Counted from the first letter of the stretch, positions 23,429 to 34,500 are shown. The stretch is 64,000 bases of DNA from Caldisericaceae bacterium (GCA_027023025.1 JALVXB010000001.1:3645-67644); one strand, 5' to 3'. The notes: a model not told the origin generated them from the letters alone. Program-made: numbers and translations.

Positions 23429-25617
23429 AGAGTGTAAAGGGAGGTGTATACTCGTATTACTGGTTTTATGATTTTCTCTAAATCAATTATGGAGCCTGGA
23501 GATTTATCAGGATGCCTTTTGTTTAATAAGTCAAGTGCTTCTTTTGCAATGGTAAGTCGTTCGTCAGGATTGTTTGCTTTGATGAGAAATACTCCGTTAC
23601 CAGTAAACTTAGAAAACGCACTGTTAAATTTCTCATAAGGGAAAACGCCATTGGGTATAAAAACTGTATTGTCAATTAGTGAACAACATTGATTTAATAT
23701 TCCAACAACTACATACGGAGTCTTATTACCTCCAATAATTACTGATTTACCTACATCATTAATATTAAGCATCTTTGCAACTTTAGCCCCCACAACACAA
23801 ATGTGTTCGTTATAATCACTATCCTGTACAAATCTACCCTTTTTAATGCTCAATTTAAACATAGGTTTAAATGATGCGGTTGCTTCAGATATACGGACCT
23901 GTTTAAGCACATGCGAAGTAGTATTTCCTATAGTAGCCACGCTAAAGTATTCTGGGAGTTTTTCCCGAAAACCAATCAAGGAAGCCCTGGAAAAACGCCT
24001 TTCAAGCTCGACGTAATCGGCATAGGTATAATTCGCACCGTTAAAAACCGTCTGCATCACTGAAAGCGTATTAGTATAAGGAAACGAAGAAATTCGAACC
24101 ACATCTGGAGCAATACCTCTTATTACATCATTTATATTGCTTTTAATCTCAGCATTCAGTACAGCAGGAAATACCGTGCCTGCTACTGATAATGCAATTA
24201 CGGTGACTACGATGATTTTTGCCGCATTTATTTTACCGTTTTCAGAAGACAATAAACTACTTCTTATCCCTTCTGCAGGAGCTTTGCGTATCGTCATCCT
24301 TAAAGATATGAAGACTGCAATAGCAGGCATTATTAAAATAGCAATAAAGTTGAGTGTCACGCTAATTAACCCAAATTTCATAGAGTGCTCAGCTAAAAAA
24401 GCAGACATAGTAATCGTCTGGGAAGCACTAATTCCAGATATATTTAGCATCTTTAACTTTGGGAAAAGCATTATCAGTACAATGTCACCAATAACTGCTG
24501 AAATAGCAAATGAAAACATAGTTTTAAAATAATATTCGGTGAAAATCTTCCTTATACTCTCTCCAAGTGCGCGTTTAATTGCAATCTCTCTGCTTTTTTG
24601 AGAAAGATCAAATACGATAAGTCCTATCACTCCAAACAAAGCGATGAACAACATAAACAAAGCAGCAATAAGAATAAACTTTATCTTATCTTTTCGCGAA
24701 TTAATAGTTAATAAATCACCAATCCTTTTATAAGTAGATACGATAACGGGTTTTGCATTTTCCTCTGGGTTTCCCTTGTTCTTTATTTCTTTCTTCAACA
24801 ATGATAAAGCCTGATTGTAATAACCCTTTTTAGGTATAACAAGCATTACGAGAGACCTGTTAACAGAATCAGTTTTACCGGAAGGAATGTATCCGCCTCC
24901 GTAGAGAGGGCTCTGTAATAAAACAAGCATATCGGAACTAAGCGGCTTTAACACTCCTACTATTTTGTAATAAGTACCTTTTGATGAATCATTTTTGTCT
25001 GTACCAAACACACCATTAACACATAGAATTTTCTTTCCAACTGGATTAATGTTACCAAACATTTTCCTGCTCAGGTTATCAGTAATAACGACTGTATAAG
25101 GATCATTACCCGAAAAGTATCGTCCGTATTTTAATGGTAAATGAAGGTCTCTGAAAAACTTCGGAGGAACTTTCTTTAAAATCACATTAGTACCTTTGAA
25201 TTTAACAAAAGTATCAGAGGGGTAGGGTACGAGAAACGCATCTTTTATAAAAGGAGAGCGTAATAGGGCCTCTACATCTTTCTGAGTTATAAACTTTATA
25301 CTATTCCAATCCACTTGCGCTGGATACTTCAGAGTCTTTTTAGTGATTATTGTAGCAAAATCTACTTCCTTACTAATTTCCAGAAGTACCGCATCCGGAT
25401 TTTGAAATGTATTCTTAGTTAGCTCTCGTGCATATGCCTCAAATGGCGTTTCTATGTGAACGACGAAAAACGGAGTAAATGGAATGTTGTTAATTTCTTT
25501 TTTTAATTCGTTTCTGTTCCCATCGAGTACAGATGAAGAGAAACTCAACGAAAAGAAGAAACAACTTACGACGAGTAATACCATTATTCTCTTTATTTTA
25601 CCAGATTTTTTGTCCAT
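23056..25617 (-). CDS. ABC-transporter permease, fused double FtsX/MacB-type, paralog 2
   Basis: 853 aa with the same architecture. FFRDLHLPLKYGRYF and VGVLKP motifs are shared with paralog 1. Confidence 0.85.
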   Translation of the reverse strand: MDKKSGKIKRIMVLLVVSCFFFSLSFSSSVLDGNRNELKKEINNIPFTPFFVVHIETPFEAYARELTKNTFQNPDAVLLEISKEVDFATIITKKTLKYPAQVDWNSIKFITQKDVEALLRSPFIKDAFLVPYPSDTFVKFKGTNVILKKVPPKFFRDLHLPLKYGRYFSGNDPYTVVITDNLSRKMFGNINPVGKKILCVNGVFGTDKNDSSKGTYYKIVGVLKPLSSDMLVLLQSPLYGGGYIPSGKTDSVNRSLVMLVIPKKGYYNQALSLLKKEIKNKGNPEENAKPVIVSTYKRIGDLLTINSRKDKIKFILIAALFMLFIALFGVIGLIVFDLSQKSREIAIKRALGESIRKIFTEYYFKTMFSFAISAVIGDIVLIMLFPKLKMLNISGISASQTITMSAFLAEHSMKFGLISVTLNFIAILIMPAIAVFISLRMTIRKAPAEGIRSSLLSSENGKINAAKIIVVTVIALSVAGTVFPAVLNAEIKSNINDVIRGIAPDVVRISSFPYTNTLSVMQTVFNGANYTYADYVELERRFSRASLIGFREKLPEYFSVATIGNTTSHVLKQVRISEATASFKPMFKLSIKKGRFVQDSDYNEHICVVGAKVAKMLNINDVGKSVIIGGNKTPYVVVGILNQCCSLIDNTVFIPNGVFPYEKFNSAFSKFTGNGVFLIKANNPDERLTIAKEALDLLNKRHPDKSPGSIIDLEKIIKPVIRVYTSLYTLLSIFILLALLSAFLSLSALLFIEVIRRTREIGIKKAIGATAKDITKEFTMNGLNTTLVALTIGIPTGIAVSLIIEKLKGWNYYIPINILILVTLISILLGFLFSYLPALFASKTNPVEAIKSE

Positions 25618-25629
25618 TATCTTTTCCCT

Positions 25630-26002
25630 TCACTCGCTTTTTATTGCCTCAACGGGGTTTGTTTTTGATGCAAAGAGTGCAGGGAAATATGAGAAGAGGA
25701 AGCCTAAGAGAAGGGAGATCAGGGTAACGAGTATGAGGATGTTAATGGGGATGTAGTAGTTCCATCCTTTGAGTTTTTCTATTATGAGGGATACTGCAAT
25801 GCCTGTGGGTATGCCTATTGTTAGTGCTATAAGTGTCGTGGTTAATCCGTTCATCGTGAACTCTTTCGTTATGTCTTTTGCCGTTGCACCTATTGCTTTC
25901 TTTATACCTATCTCTCTCGTTCTTCTAATTACTTCTATGAATAGTAGTGCTGATAGGGATAGGAATGCAGATAGTAATGCAAGGAGTATGAAGATGGAGA
26001 GA
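25630..26002 (-). repeat. near-identical 3' coding block (copy 3)
   Basis: See 20418-20790. Confidence 0.9.
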
Positions 26003-28179
26003 AGAGTGTAAAGGGAGGTTGCGCTTCTCAGTATAATGTTTGCATACTTTTCAATGTCGTACATCACTCCCGGGTTTTTATCAGGATGTCTTTTGTTTAA
26101 TAAGTCAAGTGCTTCTTTTGCAAGGGTAAGCCGTTCGTCAGGATTGTTTGCTTTGATGAGGAAGATGCCGCTGCCCGTATACCTCTTCGTCGCGGAAAAC
26201 CATTCATTTGTAAGTTCTCTTTCTGACACTGCATAAAAAACCGTATTATCTACAAGTGAATTGGATTTGCCTGCTATGCCTATTATCCTGTAAAGGTTAT
26301 TAGAGGAACCGTACATGTGAATAGCGATAAAGCTGCCTACTTTAAGATGTTCTTTTTTTGCAACTTCTGCACCTATCACGCAAACTTTTTCTCCTATGTC
26401 CTTATCTTCTATAAAGCGCCCTTCTGACACCGTGAAATTATAGATTTTATCCGTATCAGGCGTTGCTTCTGCATAACGCACTCCTGACATTGGGTCAGAC
26501 ACGGGAACGCTATGTCTGAAGCCGATAAGCGCTCTTCCTTTTAGCGCATTCCTCAGTACAAAGTAGTCTTTAAGTGTATACTCAGGCGCGCTAATTGCAA
26601 CGGAAATTGTTTTTCCTTCGCTGAGAAATGTTTTTGCAGGAAGAATTCTCACGACCTGCGGCACGGTCTCTTTTTCGGAAAGTTCTATTTTCCTCTCAGT
26701 GTAGTACTTAATTGCATAAGAAGACATAAGTACGGATACGGATATTGCAATAAGTAATATCACAATGGCTTTATTAAGGTGTTTCTTTGCATTTTCTTTT
26801 CTAAAGTGAGGCGACATAGGCGGGAACCGAGAAAGCGCAGCAAAAGGAATTTTTACGGAAAAGGCGAATGTTGCAATAATAATGAGAAAAGCAGCAAGGA
26901 CACCTGATAATCCTATGTAAAGGGGATGTGCTCTTAAAGAATAACCAACAGGGACGAGGAAGCGGAAACTTCCGCCGATGTTTAAGGCAGAAAGTTTATG
27001 TCTGAGCAATACGAGAAGCAGAAAACTTACGAAAAAAGCAAGTACTGCATACACACCGTTTTGCAGTAAAAACTCGTAGAACAATTGCCTAACAGATGCG
27101 CCTATTGCACGCTTTATGGCAATTTCTCTTTGCCTCAACTTAATTAGAAGGTTTGCAAAAACTGCTGAATCAAATATCGAAAGCAGCAAAAGAAAGATAC
27201 CAACGAGAATAATGAACTTCAGTTTGTTTCTAATTGCATCGGTGGACATTATCGTTTCAAGCGAGCGGTATGTCGGAAGAATTTTTGGATATACTTCTTC
27301 CTGCTGAAGGTTGAACTTCTGCAAAAATGTGTTTATTACTTTAAGTGCTTCTTTGCTTTGCCCTTTTTCTGGAAGAACAAACAGCTCCTCTTCAGGGAAA
27401 AACGACTTATTATTTACCGCACCGAAAGACGGCCTCTCAGGAAGTGGAATGTAGTTTTCCGGTAATATACTGAACCCACCGCTTTCTCCAAATGTCACAT
27501 AAAAGAATTCGTCGGGGAGCGGTTTTAATACGCCGCACACGCGGTACTTCTTAGTGAAGTGGGCATTCTGGAACGGAGTAGTTTTCGCAGGATTCGTTCC
27601 GTAAACAAACTTTCCGACTGCAGAGTTACTGCCAAACAGGGCTTTTGCACCTCGGTATGTAAGAACGATTTCGTTAGAAGTTTTCGGTAGCCTTCCAGAA
27701 TAAAGAGGCAGATTAAGCCCCTTAAGAAAATTGTAAGGAAGCGGTGTGAACGGCACAATTACATCTTTACTCACTTTTATGTATTGAGAAGAAAGAATGA
27801 TGTCACTGAGGTATGTACTCTTTATGCACCGTTGCGCGGCCAAACTCTTTACATCTTTTGAGGTAATAATGCGAGGAGGGATGATGTACTTCGGAGCAAT
27901 GCGAGAGATGTTTACGAAACTGTCCACAGTTCTTTCTCTACTGACTACGAGGAGCATCCTGTCCGGGTCATTCAAAACGGAGTCGTACTTATGGAGCAAC
28001 TCCTGTTCGGACTTATCTGTAAACTGCACTTTTATGAGCCTGGATGCATATATGCGGGATTCAGCACTTTTAAGCTCCGCTTCAGTGCCCTGATAGACAG
28101 CACTCGTGAACAGAACAACGAACGAAGAGATAAGAAACACGAGTGCTACAAGAACCGCTAAAACACTTTTCCTTTGCAT
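25630..28179 (-). CDS. ABC-transporter permease, fused double FtsX/MacB-type, paralog 3
   Basis: 849 aa with the same architecture. Its stop lies 12 nt upstream of the paralog 2 start. Confidence 0.85.
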   Translation of the reverse strand: MQRKSVLAVLVALVFLISSFVVLFTSAVYQGTEAELKSAESRIYASRLIKVQFTDKSEQELLHKYDSVLNDPDRMLLVVSRERTVDSFVNISRIAPKYIIPPRIITSKDVKSLAAQRCIKSTYLSDIILSSQYIKVSKDVIVPFTPLPYNFLKGLNLPLYSGRLPKTSNEIVLTYRGAKALFGSNSAVGKFVYGTNPAKTTPFQNAHFTKKYRVCGVLKPLPDEFFYVTFGESGGFSILPENYIPLPERPSFGAVNNKSFFPEEELFVLPEKGQSKEALKVINTFLQKFNLQQEEVYPKILPTYRSLETIMSTDAIRNKLKFIILVGIFLLLLSIFDSAVFANLLIKLRQREIAIKRAIGASVRQLFYEFLLQNGVYAVLAFFVSFLLLVLLRHKLSALNIGGSFRFLVPVGYSLRAHPLYIGLSGVLAAFLIIIATFAFSVKIPFAALSRFPPMSPHFRKENAKKHLNKAIVILLIAISVSVLMSSYAIKYYTERKIELSEKETVPQVVRILPAKTFLSEGKTISVAISAPEYTLKDYFVLRNALKGRALIGFRHSVPVSDPMSGVRYAEATPDTDKIYNFTVSEGRFIEDKDIGEKVCVIGAEVAKKEHLKVGSFIAIHMYGSSNNLYRIIGIAGKSNSLVDNTVFYAVSERELTNEWFSATKRYTGSGIFLIKANNPDERLTLAKEALDLLNKRHPDKNPGVMYDIEKYANIILRSATSLYTLLSIFILLALLSAFLSLSALLFIEVIRRTREIGIKKAIGATAKDITKEFTMNGLTTTLIALTIGIPTGIAVSLIIEKLKGWNYYIPINILILVTLISLLLGFLFSYFPALFASKTNPVEAIKSE

Positions 28180-28212
28180 CGCTTTGCCCCTCTATTCGTA
28201 ATTTACTAAACT

Positions 28213-28233
28213 GGCGGGGATTGCCTCCCCGCC
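28213..28233 (-). terminator. stem-loop GGCGGGGA-GGCAA-TCCCCGCC after the BNR gene
   Basis: An 8-bp GC-rich stem lies 8 nt after the stop at 28241. The trailing AGTTTAGT on the transcribed strand is only a weak U-tract. Confidence 0.45.
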
Positions 28234-28240
28234 CAACAAT

Positions 28241-31063
28241 TTACGGTGCGTATGTAATCGTTATCGTCCGCGTTGACGCATCCCACTCCACAGTGCAGCC
28301 AAGATTTTCTGCAACAAAGCGAAGCGGCAGCATAGTTCTGGAATTTACAATAATCGGTTTTACATCGTGGTTACTCGGGTCTATCCACTTCATTTCGCCG
28401 TTTACCTTTGCCTGGGGTTTACCTATCCACAGTTCAATCGTCGTTCCGTTGAAGTTTATAGTAACTTTTCTTTCAGCCCCGTCCCACTCTATCGTCCCGT
28501 CAAGCGCTTCTACTATTGCACGGATTGGAACGACCGTTCTGCCCCACTTTGGAATGATAACGGGTTTTGTGCCTCTGCCAGGGTCTATTTCCTGCTGGAC
28601 ACCGTTTACAGTCATCGTCGAGTTGTCAGGCTGAAGTGTGATAACAGTTTCAGGATTGTAAGTTACGGTAATGCTCTTCGTCGTGGTATTGCCTGCTCTG
28701 TCCACTGCAACGAAAGTAATCACATTAGAAACACCGTTTAAAGCAATATTAACGGAGAAAGATCCGTCGGGCTGCACACTTACGGGAATTCCGTCCACAG
28801 TTAGGGAATCAATACCCGTTCCTTCGTCTTTTACGATACCTGAAACAGTAATAACTTTAGTGCGAACGACTTCAAAGTTCTTGGGAGAATTAACGGTAAG
28901 TTCTGGCGGCGTCGTATCTACCACATAACCAACCTTGACTTCGTTTGATGCCTGTGAATATTCTGGCTCGTTCTCGTTATCGAACGCTTTCACCACATAG
29001 TAGTATACATCCCCGCTTTTAACGGTATTATCCACATAGGTAAGTGTATCAGCGCTTACGGTTGCAATGGGTGTAGCACTTTCTTTGCTCTGCGCAGAAC
29101 TTCTGTACACCGCGTAACCCGCTATCGGGTATGTGCCCTGTTTTGCAGCATCCCAGTTAAGCACAATACTTTTGCCGCTGTAGTCGACTTTAGCGGTAAG
29201 ATTTTCAGGCGCAGAAGGCGGTAAAATGTCAAATTCCGTTTTTAGTATGCCATTTCCGTCTGTGCCAATGTAAATGGATTCTTTTCCTTTTTCTTTTGCA
29301 ATTTCTATACAACTTATAGGATTATAAAGTTTCGTCCCTTTGAGAAGATGCCAGTTCTTTCCTCCGTCAACAGATTTATAAATGCCGTCTCTAATAGTTC
29401 CCACATACATAACATTAGAATCGTAGGGATCAAGCGTAAAGGAGCTCGCAAAGAAATAAGGCCCGTTATAGGGACTCAGTATGCTTCCTTTCAGCTTCCA
29501 CTGTTTCCCCGAATCAGACGACTCGTATAAATTATTCTTTGAAATTGCATACAGGATGTTCGTATGCAACGGGTTGATCGTCATTAATACTATGTACTTA
29601 TCCTTAAATCCAATTAAATTCCAGTTTTTGCCCCCGTCAGTAGACTTGTAAAGGCCGTTGTCCGTTGTTGCGTAAAGCGTATCCGGATTATCTGGATCCA
29701 GAACGAGTGAGCCGAAAAACGATACGTCTGGCAGGCCGTTTCCGAGTTTTTCCCAGTTTTTGCCCCAGTCAGTAGACTTGTAAAGGCCTTTCCAGCACAG
29801 CATTGCATAAACTATCTGAGGGTTGGCTTGAGAGACGGCAACCGATAATGCATAATGGCCTCCGTTCGAAACTAAATGCCATGTACTTCCTGAATCTGAC
29901 GACTTAAAAACGCCCGCATTCGTTCCTATGTAAATATTCTCCGTTTTATCACGGTTAAATGCGATACTCGCTATTGAGATATTTGGCGGAATGCCGTTTG
30001 AAACGCGAACCCAACTTTTCCCGCCATTTACGGACTTAAGCAGTCCCATGTAGTTTGTGCCTGCATAAATTTCCTGCGGATTTTCTGGGTTAACTGCAAT
30101 AGTTTGAACACTTAAACTGGAAAGCCCGTTATTTATTGCCTTGCAGTCCTCGCCACTTTTAACTGACCTGAACACCCCCATATTGGCTGAACCAATGTAA
30201 ACAACATCGGGATTCTGCGAATCAATACTGATTGATTCAATCAAAATTGACTTATCAAGCCCGGCATTTACAGGATCCCAGCTTTTACCTCCGTCTGTAG
30301 ATCTGTAGAGTCCTTCTTCGTTAACGCTTGCATAAACTACACTTGAATTTTGCGGGTTTATCGCAAGAGCAGTTACTATCTTGCCGTCAAAACCACACGC
30401 TTTCCAGTTTTCGCCACCATCAGTGGACTTATAAAGGCCTTCTGAACCCATATTCGAGTACATTAACTCAGGATTGCGATCGTTAATTGTAATAAAATCA
30501 GTAATAAATAGGCGCTTATCTGTGCTATACTTTAGATTCCAATGAAGGCCGCCGTCTGTAGACTTGTACAATTTATAATTAGTTATTGCAAATAAGGTGT
30601 CAGGGTCTTTGGGGCTAATAGCAAGGGTCCGTATCCATTCTTTATTTGGAGAAGAACCTACATTATTCCAGCTTTCTCCTCCGTCAGTAGACTTATAGAT
30701 AGCTATTCCGTTACTTGCATAGAGGGTCTGTGGATTCTGAGGACTTAATACGAGAGTATTTACATAGAATTCGCCTTCTAATAATCCTTTACTTGCCGAA
30801 ACCCAGTTTTCGGCGCCGTTAGTTGTTTTGTATACATTATCCCGCGTAGCTGCGTAAATAACTTTTGTGTTTGATGGGTCAAAGACGAGGCAATAAACGG
30901 GGAGAAACTTCGGCAGTCCTTTACTTACCGAAACCCAGTGGTTCCCCTTATCAACGGACTTGAAAACTCCATTGTTCGTTGCAGCGTAAATCGTTGAAGG
31001 GTCGCCCGGGTCAATTGTAACCATATTCACCATTCCGCCGTAAAGCCCGTTATTTATGTCCAC
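28241..31063 (-). CDS. giant surface protein: BNR/Asp-box beta-propellers - FN3 - Ig-like - copper amine oxidase N-terminal-like domain (5' end disrupted, see 31102-31182)
   Basis: More than ten repeats of the YKSTDGGKNW / FKSVDKGNHW type. The FN3 region is PSAPENLTAKVDYSGKSIVLNWDA...YAVYRS. The C-terminal domain is PIRAIVEALDGTIEWDGAERKVTI...LPLRFVAENLGCTVEWDASTRTITI. The frame stays open upstream to 31147 without a start codon, and no signal peptide is in frame. Confidence 0.8.
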   Translation of the reverse strand: MDINNGLYGGMVNMVTIDPGDPSTIYAATNNGVFKSVDKGNHWVSVSKGLPKFLPVYCLVFDPSNTKVIYAATRDNVYKTTNGAENWVSASKGLLEGEFYVNTLVLSPQNPQTLYASNGIAIYKSTDGGESWNNVGSSPNKEWIRTLAISPKDPDTLFAITNYKLYKSTDGGLHWNLKYSTDKRLFITDFITINDRNPELMYSNMGSEGLYKSTDGGENWKACGFDGKIVTALAINPQNSSVVYASVNEEGLYRSTDGGKSWDPVNAGLDKSILIESISIDSQNPDVVYIGSANMGVFRSVKSGEDCKAINNGLSSLSVQTIAVNPENPQEIYAGTNYMGLLKSVNGGKSWVRVSNGIPPNISIASIAFNRDKTENIYIGTNAGVFKSSDSGSTWHLVSNGGHYALSVAVSQANPQIVYAMLCWKGLYKSTDWGKNWEKLGNGLPDVSFFGSLVLDPDNPDTLYATTDNGLYKSTDGGKNWNLIGFKDKYIVLMTINPLHTNILYAISKNNLYESSDSGKQWKLKGSILSPYNGPYFFASSFTLDPYDSNVMYVGTIRDGIYKSVDGGKNWHLLKGTKLYNPISCIEIAKEKGKESIYIGTDGNGILKTEFDILPPSAPENLTAKVDYSGKSIVLNWDAAKQGTYPIAGYAVYRSSAQSKESATPIATVSADTLTYVDNTVKSGDVYYYVVKAFDNENEPEYSQASNEVKVGYVVDTTPPELTVNSPKNFEVVRTKVITVSGIVKDEGTGIDSLTVDGIPVSVQPDGSFSVNIALNGVSNVITFVAVDRAGNTTTKSITVTYNPETVITLQPDNSTMTVNGVQQEIDPGRGTKPVIIPKWGRTVVPIRAIVEALDGTIEWDGAERKVTINFNGTTIELWIGKPQAKVNGEMKWIDPSNHDVKPIIVNSRTMLPLRFVAENLGCTVEWDASTRTITITYAP

Positions 31064-31101
31064 CCACTGGTAGCCGTCGTCTGCTTTTACGACTTTTGTG
31101 T

Positions 31102-31182
31102 TTACGGGAAAAGATAAAACGAGATAACGGAGAGTACAATCAACATACTAAGTAACATTGTTACTGCTTTTTTAATTTTCAT
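31102..31182 (-). other. orphaned signal-peptide mini-ORF, out of frame with the BNR protein
   Basis: GGAGGTAGGTGA precedes ATG 31182. Translation is MKIKKAVTMLLSMLIVLSVISFYLFP then stop. Adding one T in either T4 run (plus-strand A4 runs at 31109-31112 and 31116-31119) fuses it to ...FPVNTKVVKADDGYQWVDINNG of the main ORF. Confidence 0.75.
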
Positions 31183-31460
31183 TCACCTACCTCCTGTATA
31201 CTATTTTTTTCATTTTAACACTGATGTAAAAAATTTCCAGAAATGTAAAGAAGTTTTTGGAAAACGCGTCCACTTCGGCCTCTGAATTTTCGAGCACAAA
31301 TAATACGAATGTTTTTAATTTTAAGTTTCGTACCTTGCAGCAGGCTCAAAGTAGTTTTCGTAAATCGTCGCAAGATGTGATAAAAATACTTTGGTTTTTA
31401 CTACAACAACATTAATCCATTAAATCGTTCTAATCGTAAGAGGTAATTCATCTATAAATG

Positions 31461-31501
31461 AAAAAGCCGCCCGTGGCGTCTGGAATACTTACAGGGCGGC
31501 T
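31461..31501 (-). terminator. rho-independent terminator after the SBBP/SLH gene
   Basis: On the transcribed strand: AGCCGCCC, a 21-nt loop, GGGCGGCT, then TTTTT. It lies 31 nt after the stop at 31532. Confidence 0.6.
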
Positions 31502-31531
31502 TCTGCAAATCTTACAAGGCGGCTTTTATTT

Positions 31532-34500
31532 TTACGGCGTTCCGGTGTTTATTATCCTGACGATCACTTTTCGAGGTGTCGGGTCTTTTCCGTCCTGCAA
31601 ACCGTCGACGGGCACGATTACCTTTTCGGGAACTCCAATCTTTGGGAATTTAATTTCTGACTTCGTGGACGCAAGGTAAACAGGTATCGTTTTTGTAGGC
31701 AGTATAAGATTTATCGGTGCACGCAGTGCATTCGTTACGATGTGCGGGACTGCCGCTTCAATGATGTACCTGTACGCCCAATAACTCGCACTCACATCAG
31801 TAAATGGAACTTTAGGAAGGTTCTTTAAGTTCTCTGCCTGAGGTACATCTTCCCTGTAAAGTGCCCTGCTAAGCAATGTAACAAATTCTGCACGCGTAAC
31901 GGGTTTGTTCGGGCGAAATGTGTGGTCTTTGTATCCCTGGAGCAAGCCTGCTTTAACTGCCGTATAAATGTATCCGTTAAACCAATCAGTGGGTTTTACA
32001 TCCGTAAAGAGTTGCTCCTGCGGCTCCTCAGGCTTTAACCCCCTGATACGCACGAGTATTGCAGCAACTTCAGCACGCGTTGCAGGCGCATTGGGGTAGA
32101 AGTCGTATTGTGAGCGCCCTTTCATAAGTTTTTCGATATTGATCGTTTTTACGAAACGGAAGTACCACTTACCTGCACTCACATCCTTAAACGGTGAGAT
32201 GTGGTTCAGCACATTCGCATTGAAGCCGAGCGCGCGTGAAAGCATCGTTGCAACTTCTGCACGGGTGACCATTTTTTCAGGGCGGAATAAACCGTCCGGG
32301 TATCCAATGATAAAGTTCTGATGATACACGAGCAGCACGACTCTGCAATCTTTTGCCTCCACGGAGCGGGTAAGCACAGAAGTCGTACCTTTGCTGTCAG
32401 TAACCTCTATGCTCACTGTGTAGAGTCCCGCTTTTGCAAATGTGTGGAGCAGCGTTATAAACTTTCCGCTTTCTTTTCCAGTTATCTCATCTGTTCCGTC
32501 GCCAAAGCTTATTTTATAGTCATACGGAGGGACGCCGCCAGTAAATGTGAACACGAATTTTGATTCAGAGTTTATACAGATTTTCTCAGGCGGGTTAATC
32601 GTAATGTTAATTGGATTTGGTTTCGGCGGGTTTGGCTTAGGTGGAGGATTCGTCGCACAGACGAGCGTACTGAAAGAAGTCTCTGCTTTATCCGCATTGT
32701 CGGCCGTTAAAACAGCTCTATTTGTGAAACTCATACAGCCACTCATTACCAGCGGTACAGACACTTTATAGGTAAAAACGAGTGTTTTGTCCGGGTCAAA
32801 ACTTCCTACATTCCAGACGACTTTAGTGCCGTAAGCATTCACGGTTACCGAGTCCGGTGCAGGCGTTCCCGATATAAAGTGTTCCCCAGCAGGAAGGTAA
32901 TCCGTGAGGATGGTATTGTACGCCGTGCCGTTTCCCGTATTTTTAATCGTTATTTTATACATTGCAACGCTTCCAGATGTAGCATTACCAGGGCCAGTTT
33001 TCGAAATCCTTAAAATAGGCTGAGGTTCTGTAAGCAAGTCCGTTAACTTTAATACGAATGCATCACCCCCACCCCACGCATTCGGTGTAGTTGCACCGCC
33101 ATTATAATCAGTATCGTAGGCACCGTTAGTCACGGGAAAGTCAGTAGAGTATGTATTACCTGCAACATAAACATAAGAATCTTTAATAAATATTGCACCA
33201 GAATTATCCTGTTTTGTTCCACCAAAGTAAGTGGATAGTTCCAGATTTGATAGGTCGTTAGATACTACGGCTATAAACCCGTCACCTTCACCATTATATG
33301 TCTTATCAAAAGTATCTCCATTAATGGGAAAGTTGCCTGACTTCGTGTCGCCTGCAGCAAAAACTTTATTGCCTTCAACTTTTATGGCACTTACGGAGTC
33401 GTCTGCACTCCCTCCAAGATATGTAGAATTTTTCAAAGTGTTCAGGCCGAAACTCAACTCAGAAATAAAACCGTCACCGCCGTAGCTCCAGGACGAACTT
33501 GCTCCTCCGTAGGTCTTCTGCAGTGCGTTAGAAGTTACCGGGAAGTTGCCTGAAAAAGTGCCGCCCGCTACATAAACTCCGTCAGAGCCAAATGCAAGGT
33601 CGTAGGCAAATTCGTAACTACTGCCTCCAAGATAGGTAGACGCTTCGAGTTGAGTAAGATTTAAATTTAGTTTTGAAACAAATGCGTCAAATGCTCCGTT
33701 ATTTGACGGCTGATAGGCATTTACTACGGGAAAGTTAGAAGAGTAAGTATACCCTGCAACATACACAGAGTTATCGTAAATTCCAAGCGCATAAATTACA
33801 TCATAACTTGAACCTTCCAAGAATGTGGACGCTTCCAGGGTTGAAAGGTCTTCACTCAACTTCGAGACAAAACCGTCTAACTTATACTGGTTCGTACTTA
33901 CGGCCTCGCTCGTGCGGTCGTACGCACCGTTAGTCGTAGGAAAATCAGCAGAATATGTTCCACCCGCAATGTATACTGAGTTATTATAAACCGCTATTGC
34001 GTACGGACGATCGTTTGCAGAACCGCCAAGATATGTTGCGTACTTAAGCTCACTTAGGTCACTGCTCAGTTCCGCTACGAAAACATCTTCTCCTCCTCTA
34101 TTTTGAGCCTGGTACGCGTTAGAAGTTACAGGAAAACTCTGAGGCGTCGACTTCGTGTATCCTGCAATGTAAACCGTGCCATTTGAAACTGTAATTTTAT
34201 TTACACCGTCTTCTCCACTTCCACCAATAAAAGTTGATGCTATAAGCGTGGATAAATCACTGCTTAGTAAAGAAACGAATCCATCCTGGTTTCCACCGTA
34301 GTTTTCGTCGTAAGAGCCGGGAACCGTTGGGAAGTGCGGCGAATTCGTATAGCCTCCAACATATACGCCTTTGTCAGTTACGAACTCCGTGTAGGCAACA
34401 TCTTCGCCTTCACCGCCCAGATATGTCGCAGGGTCAATCAAAACGGATTTTGCCGCGCTCTCAAAAGTAACGACATTACCGTCTAAAACTTTATAATTCA

